Below are positions 21,440-33,268 of a stretch of DNA of 36,416 bases, in pieces. The stretch spans positions 14,587,241-14,623,656 of the forward strand of contig NC_068982.1 of the NCBI RefSeq assembly GCF_001194135.2, in the 5' to 3' direction. The DNA is from Octopus bimaculoides (taxonomy: Eukaryota). The position numbers and the translations under genes are program-made. The notes under the pieces are model-generated. The model saw nothing but the letters and a program-made list of their open reading frames with translations. It did no database searches and was not told the origin of the DNA. Positions within the stretch are counted from its first letter, which is position 1. Each line of letters opens with the position of its first letter.

Positions 21440-21645
21440 GTGTCTATGTTTGTCCCTCACCACTGCTTGACAACAGGTGTTGGTGTGTTACCACCCCCGT
21501 AACTTAGCAGTTCAGTAAAAGAAACTAACAGAATAAGTACTAGGTTTAAAAAAGTCCAGGGCTCAATTTGTTTGACTGGAAAAAAACCCTTCAAGGCTGC
21601 ACCCCAGCATGGCCACAGTCAAATGACTGAAACAAGTAAAAGATA
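21440..21645 (+). mobile_element. SINE family B 3' half, opposite orientation to the 20463 and 25588 copies
   Basis: tgtccctcaccactgcttgacaac...cccgtaacttagcagttcag...agcatggccacagtcaaatgactgaaacaagtaaaag. Confidence 0.8.
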
Positions 21646-22164
21646 AAAGATAAAAAAAATTTTTTTTAATTAAAAACTGTTTCAATCAGTTTGATTTCTA
21701 ATCAAAGATATCAATATGAAAAAAAAAAAACTCATTTCCAACAAAACAAGATTAATGGTTTAAAAAATGATATTCATAATCTTTGCAGTAATAATTTCCG
21801 CCAACATCCTAACTCTGCGCCGGTATGATAAGTGCCTCAAGTAGATCCTTTGAGGATCAAGACTCTTGCTCTCTGCTTAAGTACGGTCATTATAAGTGAC
21901 CCATAGGCATATAAACATAATTGTAGATATGATAAACAAACAGAGACATATGTTATCACTACGAATTTGTTTTATAGTAAATGGTAAAATACTGTAGCAT
22001 GACAGTTTGTGCAGCATGGTCCCAGAATAGACTCTGTTGGCACATCTGAGGAACCGGGCCAGAGAGCTATCGCCAAACGCCTCACTGGTTGCCTCTACAG
22101 CTGGCTAAAAGAAGAAAGAGAACAGCAGGGGCAAGAGGAGAGTGGTAATGAAAAAGAAAATAAT

Positions 22165-22500
22165 AATCATCATCATCATCATCATCATCATCGTCGTCGT
22201 CGTTTAACGTCCGCTTTCCATGCTAGCATGGGTTGGACGATTTGACTGAGGACTGGTGAACTAGATGGCTACACCAGGCTCCTATCTGATTTGGCAGAGT
22301 TTCTACAGCTGGATGCCCTTCCTAATGCCAACCACTCCGAGAGTGTAGTGAGTGCTTTTACGTGCCACCGGCACGAAGGCCAGTCAGGTGGTACTGGCAA
22401 CAGCCATACTCAAAATGGTGTATTTTATGTACCATTTGCTCAGGAGCCAGTCCAGCGACACTGGCAACGATCTCACTCAAATGTCTTTACATGTGCCACC
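22165..22500 (-). mobile_element. Family D (RTE-type) 3' region
   Basis: (cat)n(cgt)n-ttaacgtccgctttccatgctagcatgggttgg..., followed by two subrepeat units. Confidence 0.85.
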
Positions 22501-23021
22501 AGCACTGAAATTATTGTATACAGTGCTCAGGTGCACTACAACTTGTCAAAAGTGCATATAAAGCATCTGCAGTATTGTACAAATGTCTGGAAAGTGAACA
22601 GTGTATGAGTCAGATACATGCTTGCATGTGTATGGAGGGAAGAAAATCAGGTGTAGTGTTGGCGAATCTCAGGAAGCATGGAAGTTTTGAAGAATGCAGT
22701 GCTCCAACAACTAGTTTGTTCCATACTTAGTGTGAAAAAGTGTTTCCGAAAGTCATGGAAGCTGTGCTGTTTTCTGACTTTGTAAACATGTCCACAGGTG
22801 TTAGACAGGTGGCGTTTGAAAAGGTGCTCAGAGTTATTTTAAGTAAGATGGTTAATAATTTTATAGTTAACTATGAAAGGAAGAACCATGTTCCAAATTT
22901 TGGTATTAGAGAGAATTTTAATGCAAAAACTGGTAGATACAGTCAGCTTCCAAATATATCATCTTCAAAATCATGAGTAAAAAAATACCCTATTGTACAA
23001 GTCAGGTATTTCTTAATGTTT

Positions 23022-23407
23022 GTTGTTGGCACTCCGTCGCTTACGACGTCGAGGGTTCCAGTTGATCCGATCAACGGAACAGCCTGCTCGTGAAATTAAC
23101 GTGCAAGTGGCTGAGCACTCCACAGACACGTGTACCCTTAACGTAGTTCTCGGGGATATTCAGTGTGACACAGTGTGACAATGGCTGACCCTTTGAATTA
23201 CAGGCACAACAGAAACAGGAAGTAAGAGTGAGAGAAAGTTGTGGTGGAAGAGTACAACAGGGGTCGCCACCCCCCACCCCCGCCGGAGCCTCATGGTGCT
23301 TTAGGTGTTTTCGCTCAATAAACACTCACAACGCCCGGTCTGGGGATCGAAACCGCGATCCTATGACTGCAAGTCCGCTGCCCTAACCACTGGGCCATTG
23401 CGCCTCC
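23022..23407 (-). mobile_element. Full-length young SINE family C copy with an 11-bp TSD
   Basis: TSD tcttaatgttt at 23011-23021 and 23408-23418. The minus head gaggcgcaatggcccagtggttagggcagcggac...gcggtttcgatcccc has intact CpGs. Confidence 0.9.
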
Positions 23408-23873
23408 TCTTAATGTTTAACATTAAGAAATCAGAAATATAAAAGGAACCTCTACTGAAACATTAAAAAAAAAAAAAAAACATTGGATAAACTCTTAATG
23501 ATGACCCGGACCAGCCAACCATTCAAGGAGACACTGAGGGTAGATCTGCTGCAACAAATTCAATCATAGACCGACTTCCAGCCAGAAAGTGCCAACAGAA
23601 CTGATAGAAAATAAATTAAAGCAGTGCTCTCCAGCAGGGACATTGCTAGGTTCTAAAGTATTTTTTGAGGGGGAAATCACATAAAAAAAGGGTACCTGGA
23701 CATATACCAAACAATTTTTAACTCATTGATTATAAATTTTACAAAAGGTGCCAATTTTGAAAAACGTGCTCAGTGGGGGTGGTCACTTTCGTTGCTCCTC
23801 TATTACTTACACCCTTGTTCTCCATTAACAGAATATATATATATAAAAAAGACGAATGAGATGCAGAACTTAC

Positions 23874-24053
23874 CGAATATGATCCACAAATTTGTTACTT
23901 TTATCACTGAAGCGGATGGTGTCAGGATCCCACTGGATTTCCAGCCGATCCATATAAGCACAATGTTGAGCAAAGGCTTCTATTATTTGATCAATGTGCA
24001 CACGGGTATTGATGCGCAGAAACCAACCATTTGCTGTTCCTAGTCGACAAATT
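23874..24053 (-). CDS. Penultimate coding exon of the same F-box/LRR-like protein
   Basis: Acceptor tgtatttcctcttttattcag|A and donor CG|gtaagt. 180 nt, phase 2-2: ICRLGTANGWFLRINTRVHIDQIIEAFAQHCAYMDRLEIQWDPDTIRFSDKSNKFVDHI(R). It joins in frame to 20272-20101. Confidence 0.9.
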
Positions 24054-24977
24054 CTGAATAAAAGAGGAAATACAATGAAATACAAAAATTATTTTATATG
24101 AGACTTCACTAATAAATAGACAAATGTTGAAAAAAAAAAACAGTGATTTTTAACTCACAGCATTCAATTATTAACCATAATTGGAATGAATAAATTAAGC
24201 ATTTATGGAATTTTGATTTACTGTCGGGTGACTTATGGCCAACCCTGTATTTATGACAGAAATCATTATTATTAAAATAATAATGTGAAGTACAATGGAA
24301 TGGTAGAAATAGCAGAGTGGCAGACTAAATTCTTTGCAATAATTAGTGAGAGCCTTTCTACCCTCTTGGTGTTGACTTAAGCTTTTATCAACACAGGGTC
24401 AAAAAAATTATTAAGATAAAGGTGCTGTGGGGAAATTCAGCCAGCACTGCTTCCTACCTATCCCTTAATATGTGGTCCAGTGCTGCTGTAAGAAATTATT
24501 GTTAGCCTTGATCAATAGCCAAGGGCTGAATTTTGGGATACAGTTATGCCACATTCCCATCAACATCCATTATTTGCTTATAAACCCTCAATTTGTTGCT
24601 GTTAAGCTTTAAAAGATAACAGTAGATTTATATATTTTGATAAATAATTAAATTACTATGTTATGCATCAATCATCTTAAACAGTTTGTTAAAAAGATTT
24701 CAAATGAAATAACATTTTTGTAAGAAAAATTATTTGTGAATAACAAAATTCATTTATGATTTCATTTACTAACTTCTATAGACATCTCTTTCTATCTGAT
24801 ATTACTCTGGTAACTGATTTTATATTTTTTCAATTGCTGACAATCATTGTTAAGGCCAAGGATAATTAACTGGTTTGATATTTATATTTCAACATATTTA
24901 AAAAAAACATCTTTATGTAATTTCAGTTTTTCTCTCATAAGAAAAAAAAAGAGAAAGGAGAGAGAAAGTGTGTGATA

Positions 24978-25061
<84 letters not shown>

Positions 25062-25587
25062 AAGAGAGAGAGAGAGAGAAAGAGAAAGGTCTTAGTATAT
25101 CAAAATGCTGAATAGCTACTGTTAAAAACATTCCCAGTACAAAGGGAGGCTACTGTTGATTGCACATTGGTTTCTTAACAGGCATTCAGTCACAAGTTTT
25201 AGTGAAGGACACGGTCGATTATATTGTGGTTATTACTTTAGTTTATCAGCCTCAGATGGATCAAAAACAAACAAAAGAAAGACAAAGATGACCTGGTGTT
25301 GGGTGAGAGTGGTCATATTCAAAGCATAAACGAGAGATCGAACATAACATCTTTGGCCCTGAATAAGCTACTACTCGTTTGATAAAGTGACCCAGCTTAT
25401 TACGTATTTTACCCATGAGAATATATGACAACAACGATACTGCCAATGAAATCAAGCATCCATTATACCAGTGGTTTCCCCCATTGTAACAACTATTTAC
25501 AACTGGGTGGATCAAGCCATAAAGACCGAAGAGAGGGTCTGATGCACATCGCTGGCCTGCTGACAAACTAGAAACTATCGGCCTTCT

Positions 25588-25980
25588 CGTTTATTCTTTT
25601 ATTTGTTTCAGTCATTTGACTGCAGCCATGCTGGAGCACTGCCTTTAGTCAAACAAATCGACCCCAGGACTTGTTCTTTGTAAGCCAAATATTTAGTCAC
25701 TTTTGCCGAACCACTAAGTTACGGGGATATAAACACACCGACATTGGTTGCCAAGCGATGGGGGGGGGGGGGCAAACACGGATACACACACACAAACATA
25801 TATATGAATGTATATATACGATGGGCTTCTTTGAGTTTCTATCTACCAAATCCACTCACAAGGCTTTGGTCAGCCCAAGGCTATAGTAGAAGGCACATGC
25901 CCAAGGTGCCATGCAGTGGGACTGAACCCAGAAGTATACGGTTGGTAAGCAAGCCACTTACCACACAGCCACTCCTCTGC
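25588..25980 (-). mobile_element. SINE family B, near full length
   Basis: tttcagtcatttgactgcagccatgctggagcac...cccaaggtgccatgcagtgggactgaaccc...cttaccacacagccactcc. Confidence 0.85.
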
Positions 25981-26789
25981 CTAAGTAGACATCCTTCGAT
26001 TGAAAAGAAAATCTCTGTTCATTCAGAACTTTACATTAAATTTTATCATTTTTTGTTTGAAGGATGTATACAGAATATTAATGAGTTTAAGAAGTTAAAA
26101 ACTATATATAATAAATTCTCAAACGCAGGATAATGCTAATAATATAGCCTGAACAGGATAAGCTACCCCTATTTTGCAGAAAAAAGTGTAGGCGGCCAAT
26201 ATCCTGGTGTTTGAGAATCTAAAATCACTTCTTTAACTTTCTTAGACATCTCAACGCTCCTAAAAGCAAACTTCGTTTGTTTGTTGACGTTCATCGTAAT
26301 TTGAATTTAATATATATAATAAGTGTATCTAAGTGATGGGTTACATATATTCAGGAATATTATATACTACAAAAGAACACACTTGCCCAAAGTGCTGCAC
26401 AGTGAGATCAAATTCAGAACCAAGTGGTTCAAAAGTCAATTCTTTAATCACTTAACCAGATTTGCATCTATGAAGCAATTTAAATATGTTTTCCTTAATA
26501 ATTGTGTCTGGGCATGTCATAACACAGATAAGTGAATTGTTTGAATACCAGACCACCAGCTGAGATATCATATTTTGTCATCGTTGTTACCTTAAATATG
26601 TGGCTGTGACATTTAACTCCCAATGGCTGAGTTCATCTAGCTCTAAGTTGTCATTGTTGTTTAGATTGAGGTTAGCTTTGGTGCAAATAGGTCAGTCATC
26701 AAAAGTATTCCAGCTGTGACCATCCTGTCCTTTTCTCTTTGCTTTTTAAGACATAATGTATCTTTTGTATCATTATACATTGTGCTTTT

Positions 26790-27370
26790 GGATCTTTTTT
26801 AAAACGGGGGCCACATTTTTCATTAACGAAACACTTTGAAACTTGGGACACTGGTAGAAGGTGTCATATAAAACATCTTTTTCTCTTAGTCTTCTTAAAA
26901 AAAAAAAGAAATCCATAAGTTATTCCATGTTGAAGTTGTCGTATTTCTGCAATTTCAACCAATCACTGACGTCCATTCAGCCGATATACATTAAGTGCCG
27001 ACTACATAAACAAACGATTCTGAAACAATTAACCCTAACCCTAACCCTAACCCTAACCCTAGGGTTAGGGTTAGGGTTAAAGCAAATTTAAAATGAAAAA
27101 AGCAAATAAAACGAAGGTATGGAGATTAAATACGCTTTACATCGCTTAATCAGCCAAAGGGGTAAATGTAAACAACTGAATACTTGTCAGTGATTGGTTG
27201 AAATTATCGAAATAAGACAATTTTTTACATGAAATAAATTCGAATACAAAAATATTTTTCTGTTCTATAACACAAAATAGATAAGTATACGAAGTTTGAA
27301 AGTCTTTCCGTACCAAAAACAGTACGTAAAACATTAATGAAAAATGTGGCCCCCGTTTTAAAATAGATCC
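26790..27370. mobile_element. Non-autonomous TIR element (581 bp), Merlin-like, with an 8-bp TSD
   Basis: TSD gtgctttt at 26782-26789 and 27371-27378. The 37-bp TIR ggatct(t/a)ttttaaaacgggggccacatttttcattaa has 1 mismatch. GG termini with an 8-bp TSD fit Merlin/IS1016; hAT also makes 8-bp TSDs but usually has (T)A/CA termini. Confidence 0.8.
27030..27080. repeat. Head-to-head telomeric-type repeat (TAACCC)5-T-(AGGGTT)3 inside the MITE
   Basis: Perfect spacer-less palindrome of 19 bp per arm centred between 27060 and 27061. Confidence 0.95.
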
Positions 27371-27546
27371 GTGCTTTTTTCTTTTATGCTGACAGGGTGT
27401 GTTTCTTCTCTTTTTTTCAGGGTGTTTAGGCTACAGAGTGGCCTAATCTATCAGATTACATGACCATTCAGAGGCCTTCTTAATTGTTCTTATGAAACTT
27501 CGACACAACTAAGATAGTTCACTGCTTCAAGAATTGACAGTGGAAA

Positions 27547-27548
<2 letters not shown>

Positions 27549-27641
<93 letters not shown>

Positions 27642-27646
27642 TAATG

Positions 27647-27690
<44 letters not shown>
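27549..27690. repeat. Compound (AAT)n(GAT)n(AAT)n microsatellite; a similar compound tract lies at ~35350-35530
   Basis: Direct reading. Confidence 0.97.
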
Positions 27691-27694
<4 letters not shown>

Positions 27695-28087
27695 TCCAAC
27701 AGGATTGCGACCATGAGATAGAGAACAGGAAGCCAGATATGGTCTTAATTGAGAAAGAAAACAAACTGTGCTGGATCATAGATATAGCATACCCAGCTGA
27801 CAACAAGGTATACAATAAGGAAGAAAGAAAAGTCGATAGATATAACAGGTTAGCTTGGGAAGTTAAGCGGTTGTGGTCGATGAAAAAGGTAGCAGTCGTA
27901 CCAATAATTGTCAGAGCCCTGGGAACAGTGAGTAAAAATTTTGAGAAGTACATGGAACAAATAGGGTGGGGCACTTGCTCAAATACTCCGGAAGGTGCTC
28001 GAAAAATAAGAGGTGTTACCTTAGTTCACTGGTAGTGAACAGCTGACACCGTAGTACATCTCCAGCGTTAGAAGCTGTGCAAAGACA
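27691..28087 (+). mobile_element. R4/Dong-like RLE 3' fragment, copy D (same family as B and C) with two internal deletions
   Basis: KIQQDCDHEIENRKPDMVLIEKENKLCWIIDIAYPADNKVYNKEERKVDRYNRLAWEVKRLWSMKKVAVVPIIVRALGTVSKNFEKYMEQIG. The 3' UTR ends ctgtgcaaagaca; (AAT)n lies on both sides. Confidence 0.9.
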
Positions 28088-28112
28088 ATGATAATAATAA
28101 TAATAATAATCC

Positions 28113-28945
28113 TTCCTACAATAGGCACAAGGCCTGAAATTTGAGGAGGATGGATGTAAGTGGATCACATCGACCCCAGTACTTGACTGATACTTAAGTT
28201 ATTGACCCCTAAAGGATGAAAGGCACAGTCGACCTCAGCAGAATTTGAACTCAGAACATAGTCACAGGCAAAATGCCGCTGAGCATTTTGCTAACAATTG
28301 AGCTAACGATTCTGCCAGCTCATAATAATCCTTTTCTACTATAGACACAAGGCCTGAAATTCTTGGGGAGGGGACTAGTCGATTACATTGACCCCAGTAT
28401 TTTATTGGTACTTAATTTATCGACCCCGAAAGGATGAAAGGCAAAGTCGACATCAGCAGAATTTGAACTCAGAATGTAGCGACAGGCGAAATACTGCTAA
28501 GCATTCTGCCAGCTCGCCATCTTAATAAAAATAAAAAAAACTTATTCTTTTTACTAGAGACACAAAGCCTGGAATTTGTGGGGAGGGGGCTAGTAGATAA
28601 CATTGACCCCCCCACCCAGTGCTCAAGTGGCACTTATTTTAATGACCCTGAAAAGATTGGATTAGATTGTGTTGCCAATGTTCATCCTACCGCAGGACGA
28701 AGGCCTCACCATGTTCTCCCCCACCATGTTCTCCTCCACCAACCACAGTCTGATGTGCAGGCCATGAATTTGAGCTTGTGGTTATACTGGTTTGATGAAA
28801 CAGTTTGGCAGAGGAGTGAAGTTTTTATACTCTCACCCTGGCGTAGTTAAATTGATTACACCCTTCCCCAGTACATAACTGGTACTTATTTTATCGACCC
28901 TGAAAGGATGAAAAGCAAAGTCAACCTCAGCGGAATTTGAACTCA
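28113..28945 (-). mobile_element. Tandem run of four SINE family A copies or fragments
   Basis: Repeated units starting cc(t)tt..ctac..aggcacaaggcctgaaatt at ~28113, ~28328 and ~28545, plus a core fragment at 28850-28945. Confidence 0.8.
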
Positions 28946-29179
28946 ACACTTCAAGCTAAGAAGAAAAAGAATTATAATCTAAGGGAAGTAACTCATTATG
29001 TTCTACCAATTAGTAGAAATAATCAACATCTTAATAACGTCGCATATGAATTACGGGAAGTATTCAAATACTTCTTACCTATTTTCATATATCCCACATT
29101 TATATAACTCGTTCACAGTTATTCTGAACTTAGACACACATCGTTGCTCATATATATCCCTGGCTAATGAACGAAAATG

Positions 29180-29383
29180 TCGGTTACGACGACGAGGGTT
29201 CCAGTTGATCCGATCAACGGAACAGCCTGCTCGTGAAATTAACGTGCAAGTGGCTGAGCACTCCACAGACACGCGTACCCTTAACGTAGTTCATTTTTGT
29301 TAGCTGAGTCGATTGGAACAATGTGAAATAAAGTGTCTTGCTCAAGGACACAATGCGTCGCCAGGAATTGAAATCACGACCTT
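29180..29383 (-). mobile_element. SINE family C copy with an internal deletion
   Basis: gagggttccagttgatccgatcaacggaacagcctgctcgtgaaattaacgtgcaagtggctgagcactccacagacac matches 23052-23130. Confidence 0.85.
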
Positions 29384-30174
29384 ATATATATATATACATA
29401 TAAGAGGGATGACCACTAAGTGGACATCCATTATGCTAGAAGAAGACCACCTGATCTGACCACGANNNNNNNNNNNNNNNNNNNNNNNNNNNNNNNNNNN
29501 NNNNNNNNNNNNNNNNNNNNNNNNNNNNNNNNNNNNNNNNNNNNNNNNNNNNNNNNNNNNNNNNNNNNNNNNNNNNNNNNNNNNNNNNNNNNNNNNNNNN
29601 NNNNNNNNNNNNNNNNNNNNNNNNNNNNNNNNNNNNNNNNNNNNNNNNNNNNNNNNNNNNNNNNNNNNNNNNNNNNNNNNNNNNNNNNNNNNNNNNNNNN
29701 NNNNNNNNNNNNNNNNNNNNNNNNNNNNNNNNNNNNNNNNNNNNNNNNNNNNNNNNNNNNNNNNNNNNNNNNNNNNNNNNNNNNNNNNNNNNNNNNNNNN
29801 NNNNNNNNNNNNNNNNNNNNNNNNNNNNNNNNNNNNNNNNNNNNNNNNNNNNNNNNNNNNNNNNNNNNNNNNNNNNNNNNNNNNNNNNNNNNNNNNNNNN
29901 NNNNNNNNNNNNNNNNNNNNNNNNNNNNNNNNNNNNNNNNNNNNNNNNNNNNNNNNNNNNNNNNNNNNNNNNNNNNNNNNNNNNNNNNNNNNNNNNNNNN
30001 NNNNNNNNNNNNNNNNNNNNNNNNNNNNNNNNNNNNNNNNNNNNNNNNNNNNNNNNNNNNNNNNNNNNNNNNNNNNNNNNNNNNNNNNNNNNNNNNNNNN
30101 NNNNNNNNNNNNNNNNNNNNNNNNNNNNNNNNNNNNNNNNNNNNNNNNNNNNNNNNNNNNNNNNNNNNNNNNNN

Positions 30175-30375
30175 CAGAGGGGACAAACAAGGACGGACAA
30201 ATGGATTAAGTCGATTACATCGACTCCAGTGCATAACTGGTACTTAATTTATCGACCCCAAAAGGAGGAAAAGTAAAGTCGACCTCGGTGGAATTTGAAC
30301 TCAGAACGTAACGGCAGATGAAATACCGGTAAGCATTTCGACCGGCGTGCTAACATTACTTCCAGCTCGACGCCT
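30175..30375 (-). mobile_element. SINE family A copy (alternative tail)
   Basis: ggattaagtcgattacatcgactccagtg...aaagtcgacctcggtggaatttgaactcagaacgtaac. Confidence 0.8.
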
Positions 30376-30551
30376 TTCTTAAGTGTTTGTGCATGTGTGT
30401 GCGGTTACTTGCATGCATGCATACATACATACATACATACCCTGTCGTTGATGTTGAAATTCCAATGAGGGAATCTTGGATCTAGGTTAGAAACCGGTTC
30501 ATTCTCTTTTGGCAAGAAATCTTGAAATAAACTGAATAGTGACATACGTAT

Positions 30552-30602
<51 letters not shown>

Positions 30603-31169
30603 CGTGTGTGTGTGTGCAATACCAATTGCACTAAACAATAGGCGAGAGAGAAGCAGTCAAACCAAAATTATAATTTTCAATGGAATGCAGTTTTACTGCG
30701 CTTTGATTCAAAGTAGACAAAATAATGAATACCAAAATTTTTTAATGACACCATTAAAATCTTTATATGCTATTTTAATTATGCTATTACAATTAAATCT
30801 CATAACCAAACAAGTAACTTTCTATGTTTAGTTCAAAATCATACAAAAAAAAAAGTACACAACAAAAAACCCAGAAACAGGCGAAGGAACAATAAGCAAT
30901 GTGTATTAGTTTGACATTCAGGAAGAATGGAAGAATGCTTCGACATTTCGAGCCTAAGTTTTTCTGTTTTTTATATTGTTTGCTCGACCAACTAGAAACA
31001 GCAGTCGAAATCTCCTTCCATTCGCATCCGACCATCTTAAGAAAGGAAAATGGATAAGGTAATCCAAGATGTCCAATGCTAGAAAAAAGACAAATGATCA
31101 AAGCATTGAAAGCCTTTGGTCATAGGTCTGTCCTATTACGGATGACACAGGGCGAAAAAAACAACATAT

Positions 31170-31375
31170 TAATTTCTTTTACTAAAGGCATATGGTCCAA
31201 AATTTTGGGGAAGTGTATTAGTCGAATACATTGCCCCCAGTGCTCAACTGGTACTTATCTTATCGACCCCAAAAGGATGAATGGCAAAGTCCACCGCGGA
31301 ATTTGAAATCAAAACGTAAATACAAGCGAAATGTCACTAATTTGTGTAGCACGCTAACAATTCTACCAGCTCACC
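31170..31375 (-). mobile_element. SINE family A copy
   Basis: tttactaaaggcatatggtccaaaattttgggg...atcgaccccaaaaggatgaatggcaaagtccaccgcggaatttgaa...ctaccagctcacc. Confidence 0.78.
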
Positions 31376-31962
31376 TTTCTAACAACATTAATATCTTTCG
31401 TTTACTGCCTACCTCACTGGTGTCTTTTATTTATGTTTCTAGTCTGTGATAATTGTTCAAAATAACTTTCAAAAACTATAATGGCGTATAGATACAGTTA
31501 CAGTTTTATTTCTAAAGAGTGATAATATTAATTTTTCATTAGTTTATAGAAATTGTTACATAACGACATTTCATTGCAATAGAATCATATACGAAGCCGT
31601 TTAGACGCATAGAGTTATTTCCCTTGTCTCATAAACCTTGTCAATTTATCAATTTTTATGCGAATATCAACTCTTCCGTGTTTTTTGAGATCTTTATTAG
31701 CGTTATCATGGTAGATAATTGAATAAACTTGAATTGTCTCAAAACAAACTTCAGTTTTGAATATAACTAATTAAATCTTGAGCTAGAGAAAGAGCCTCTT
31801 TTCAAATCACATACAAACATGTACACATGTTCATCTTTAAATCACAAACGATACATTCGTCTTAGATACACTGTACCTTGGAGAAAAAAATAAACAGACG
31901 CTATGCTCACAAAACATGTATTTTATCATATATCGTATCAATCGAGGTTCACAAAAATAACA

Positions 31963-32112
31963 ACCATATTTACTCATGTATAAGTCGAACTATTTTATAA
32001 TTGATTTTTAACGGAAAAAAAACTTGGCCCTGCTAAATCTATCAAAGCTAAAACTTGTACCAAGATTTAACGCTAAATTAAGGGTGTGACACATATACGA
32101 GTAAATGTTGTA
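31963..32112. mobile_element. ~150-bp MITE with pogo/Tigger-like TIRs
   Basis: The left end accatatttactcatgtataagtcga and right end tatacgagtaaatgttgta resemble TACCGTATTTACTCG-type termini. Confidence 0.55.
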
Positions 32113-33268
32113 ATTTGTACATCATGGGGTGCTAGTTTACCACATTTACATAACACACATACACACGCACACCAAAGAAAAAGATGGATTACACAGACAC
32201 ATGGGATGGAGAGTCATTGAAGAGGTCGCAGGACGTGTGACAAATGATTGAAGACAAAGGACACTAAAATAAGAACAATAATAAAGCTGAAGAGAAGAAT
32301 GAATATACAGTGCATGTGTTTATTTGGCCAAAGAAAAAAATGACTGTCCCAAAATATATTAAAATATTCCATTTAATACTTTACGTACAGAAGGGTGTTC
32401 AATTTTTTTGACTTATTGACATCAAGACAATAAATCACTGGTGACCTTAGTATGGAAAGCTAAAAACCCATTGGGTACTTTGCATGGAACATTTTAAAAA
32501 CAATGTATTTTAAGAAACTAAAAACGAATTAAAAAAAAAATACACCTGCCTTGAGTAATTAGACCAGGACTTATTCAGTGGCATTTGAACAAATGAGAAT
32601 ATAGGACTTCTCTGTGAAGATAACATGAGTCTGTTGTAGTGTTAATGACCCAGCTTCCATTGACACACATTTTCAGTTGAGTGAACTGAAGCAACATGAA
32701 ATGAAGTCTCACTCAGGGACACAATGTACCACTCAGCCTGAGAATTGAACCCATGGCCTAGCAATTGTGAACCCAACACCCACACCAAAATACCAAACAC
32801 TATCATAGACTGTTGCTTCCCTTATAAGTGAATAGTTTTTGAGAAATGATATTTTATGATGAGACCTAACAGGAACATATAAAGATAATTTTGATGAGTA
32901 AATTATGTTTGGTTAAATAAGTAATGAGTAATATCTAAAAAGACTTAATGAAATTTATGTAAAACAAAATTACAACACAGTTTTCAACGGGATTAAGCAT
33001 GAGCATGTATTTTCTAATGCCTTAAACTATATTTCCAAAAATCCACAATGCACATAAGAGGAGAGAGATACATATGAGAATCACTATTCTATACACATTT
33101 TATTCAAGGATAACATCAAGTGAACAGTTCTGAAAATCTGAACATTTATGTAATCTGAAAGAATCAACTTCTTATAGTTGTTTTTTACTCCTTTGTGTAA
33201 ACCTTTCAAGCATTAAGTGGGAGTTGAGCTTTTTCAGTTGGATTATCATTATTATTATTATTATTATT

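Noticed and set aside
22009-22130. GC-richer stretch with ORF QHGPRIDSVGTSEEPGQRAIAKRLTGCLYSWLKEER
   Set aside because: Vaguely like the end of a non-LTR ORF, but I could not match a motif with confidence.
26593-26690. Candidate upstream exon ending ...TATYL(R)|gtaaca
   Set aside because: In-frame TGA upstream, no credible acceptor, and the sequence looks repeat-derived.
27030-27080. Ancestral chromosome end-to-end fusion site
   Set aside because: Only ~8 repeat units, and they are enclosed by TIRs and an 8-bp TSD, so they are part of a transposon.
29079-29159. 81-nt phase 2-2 candidate exon (DIYEQRCVSKFRITVNELYKCGIYEN-R) with AG|gtaaga donor
   Set aside because: The phase fits, but the peptide does not look like an LRR continuation and the acceptor abuts a SINE tail. 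RNA-seq junction reads to 24053 would be needed.
32547-32612. 66-nt candidate minus exon RSPIFSFVQMPLNKSWSNYSRQ
   Set aside because: Weak donor (gtgtat), phase 0 is incompatible with direct joining to the phase-2 exon, and no homology.
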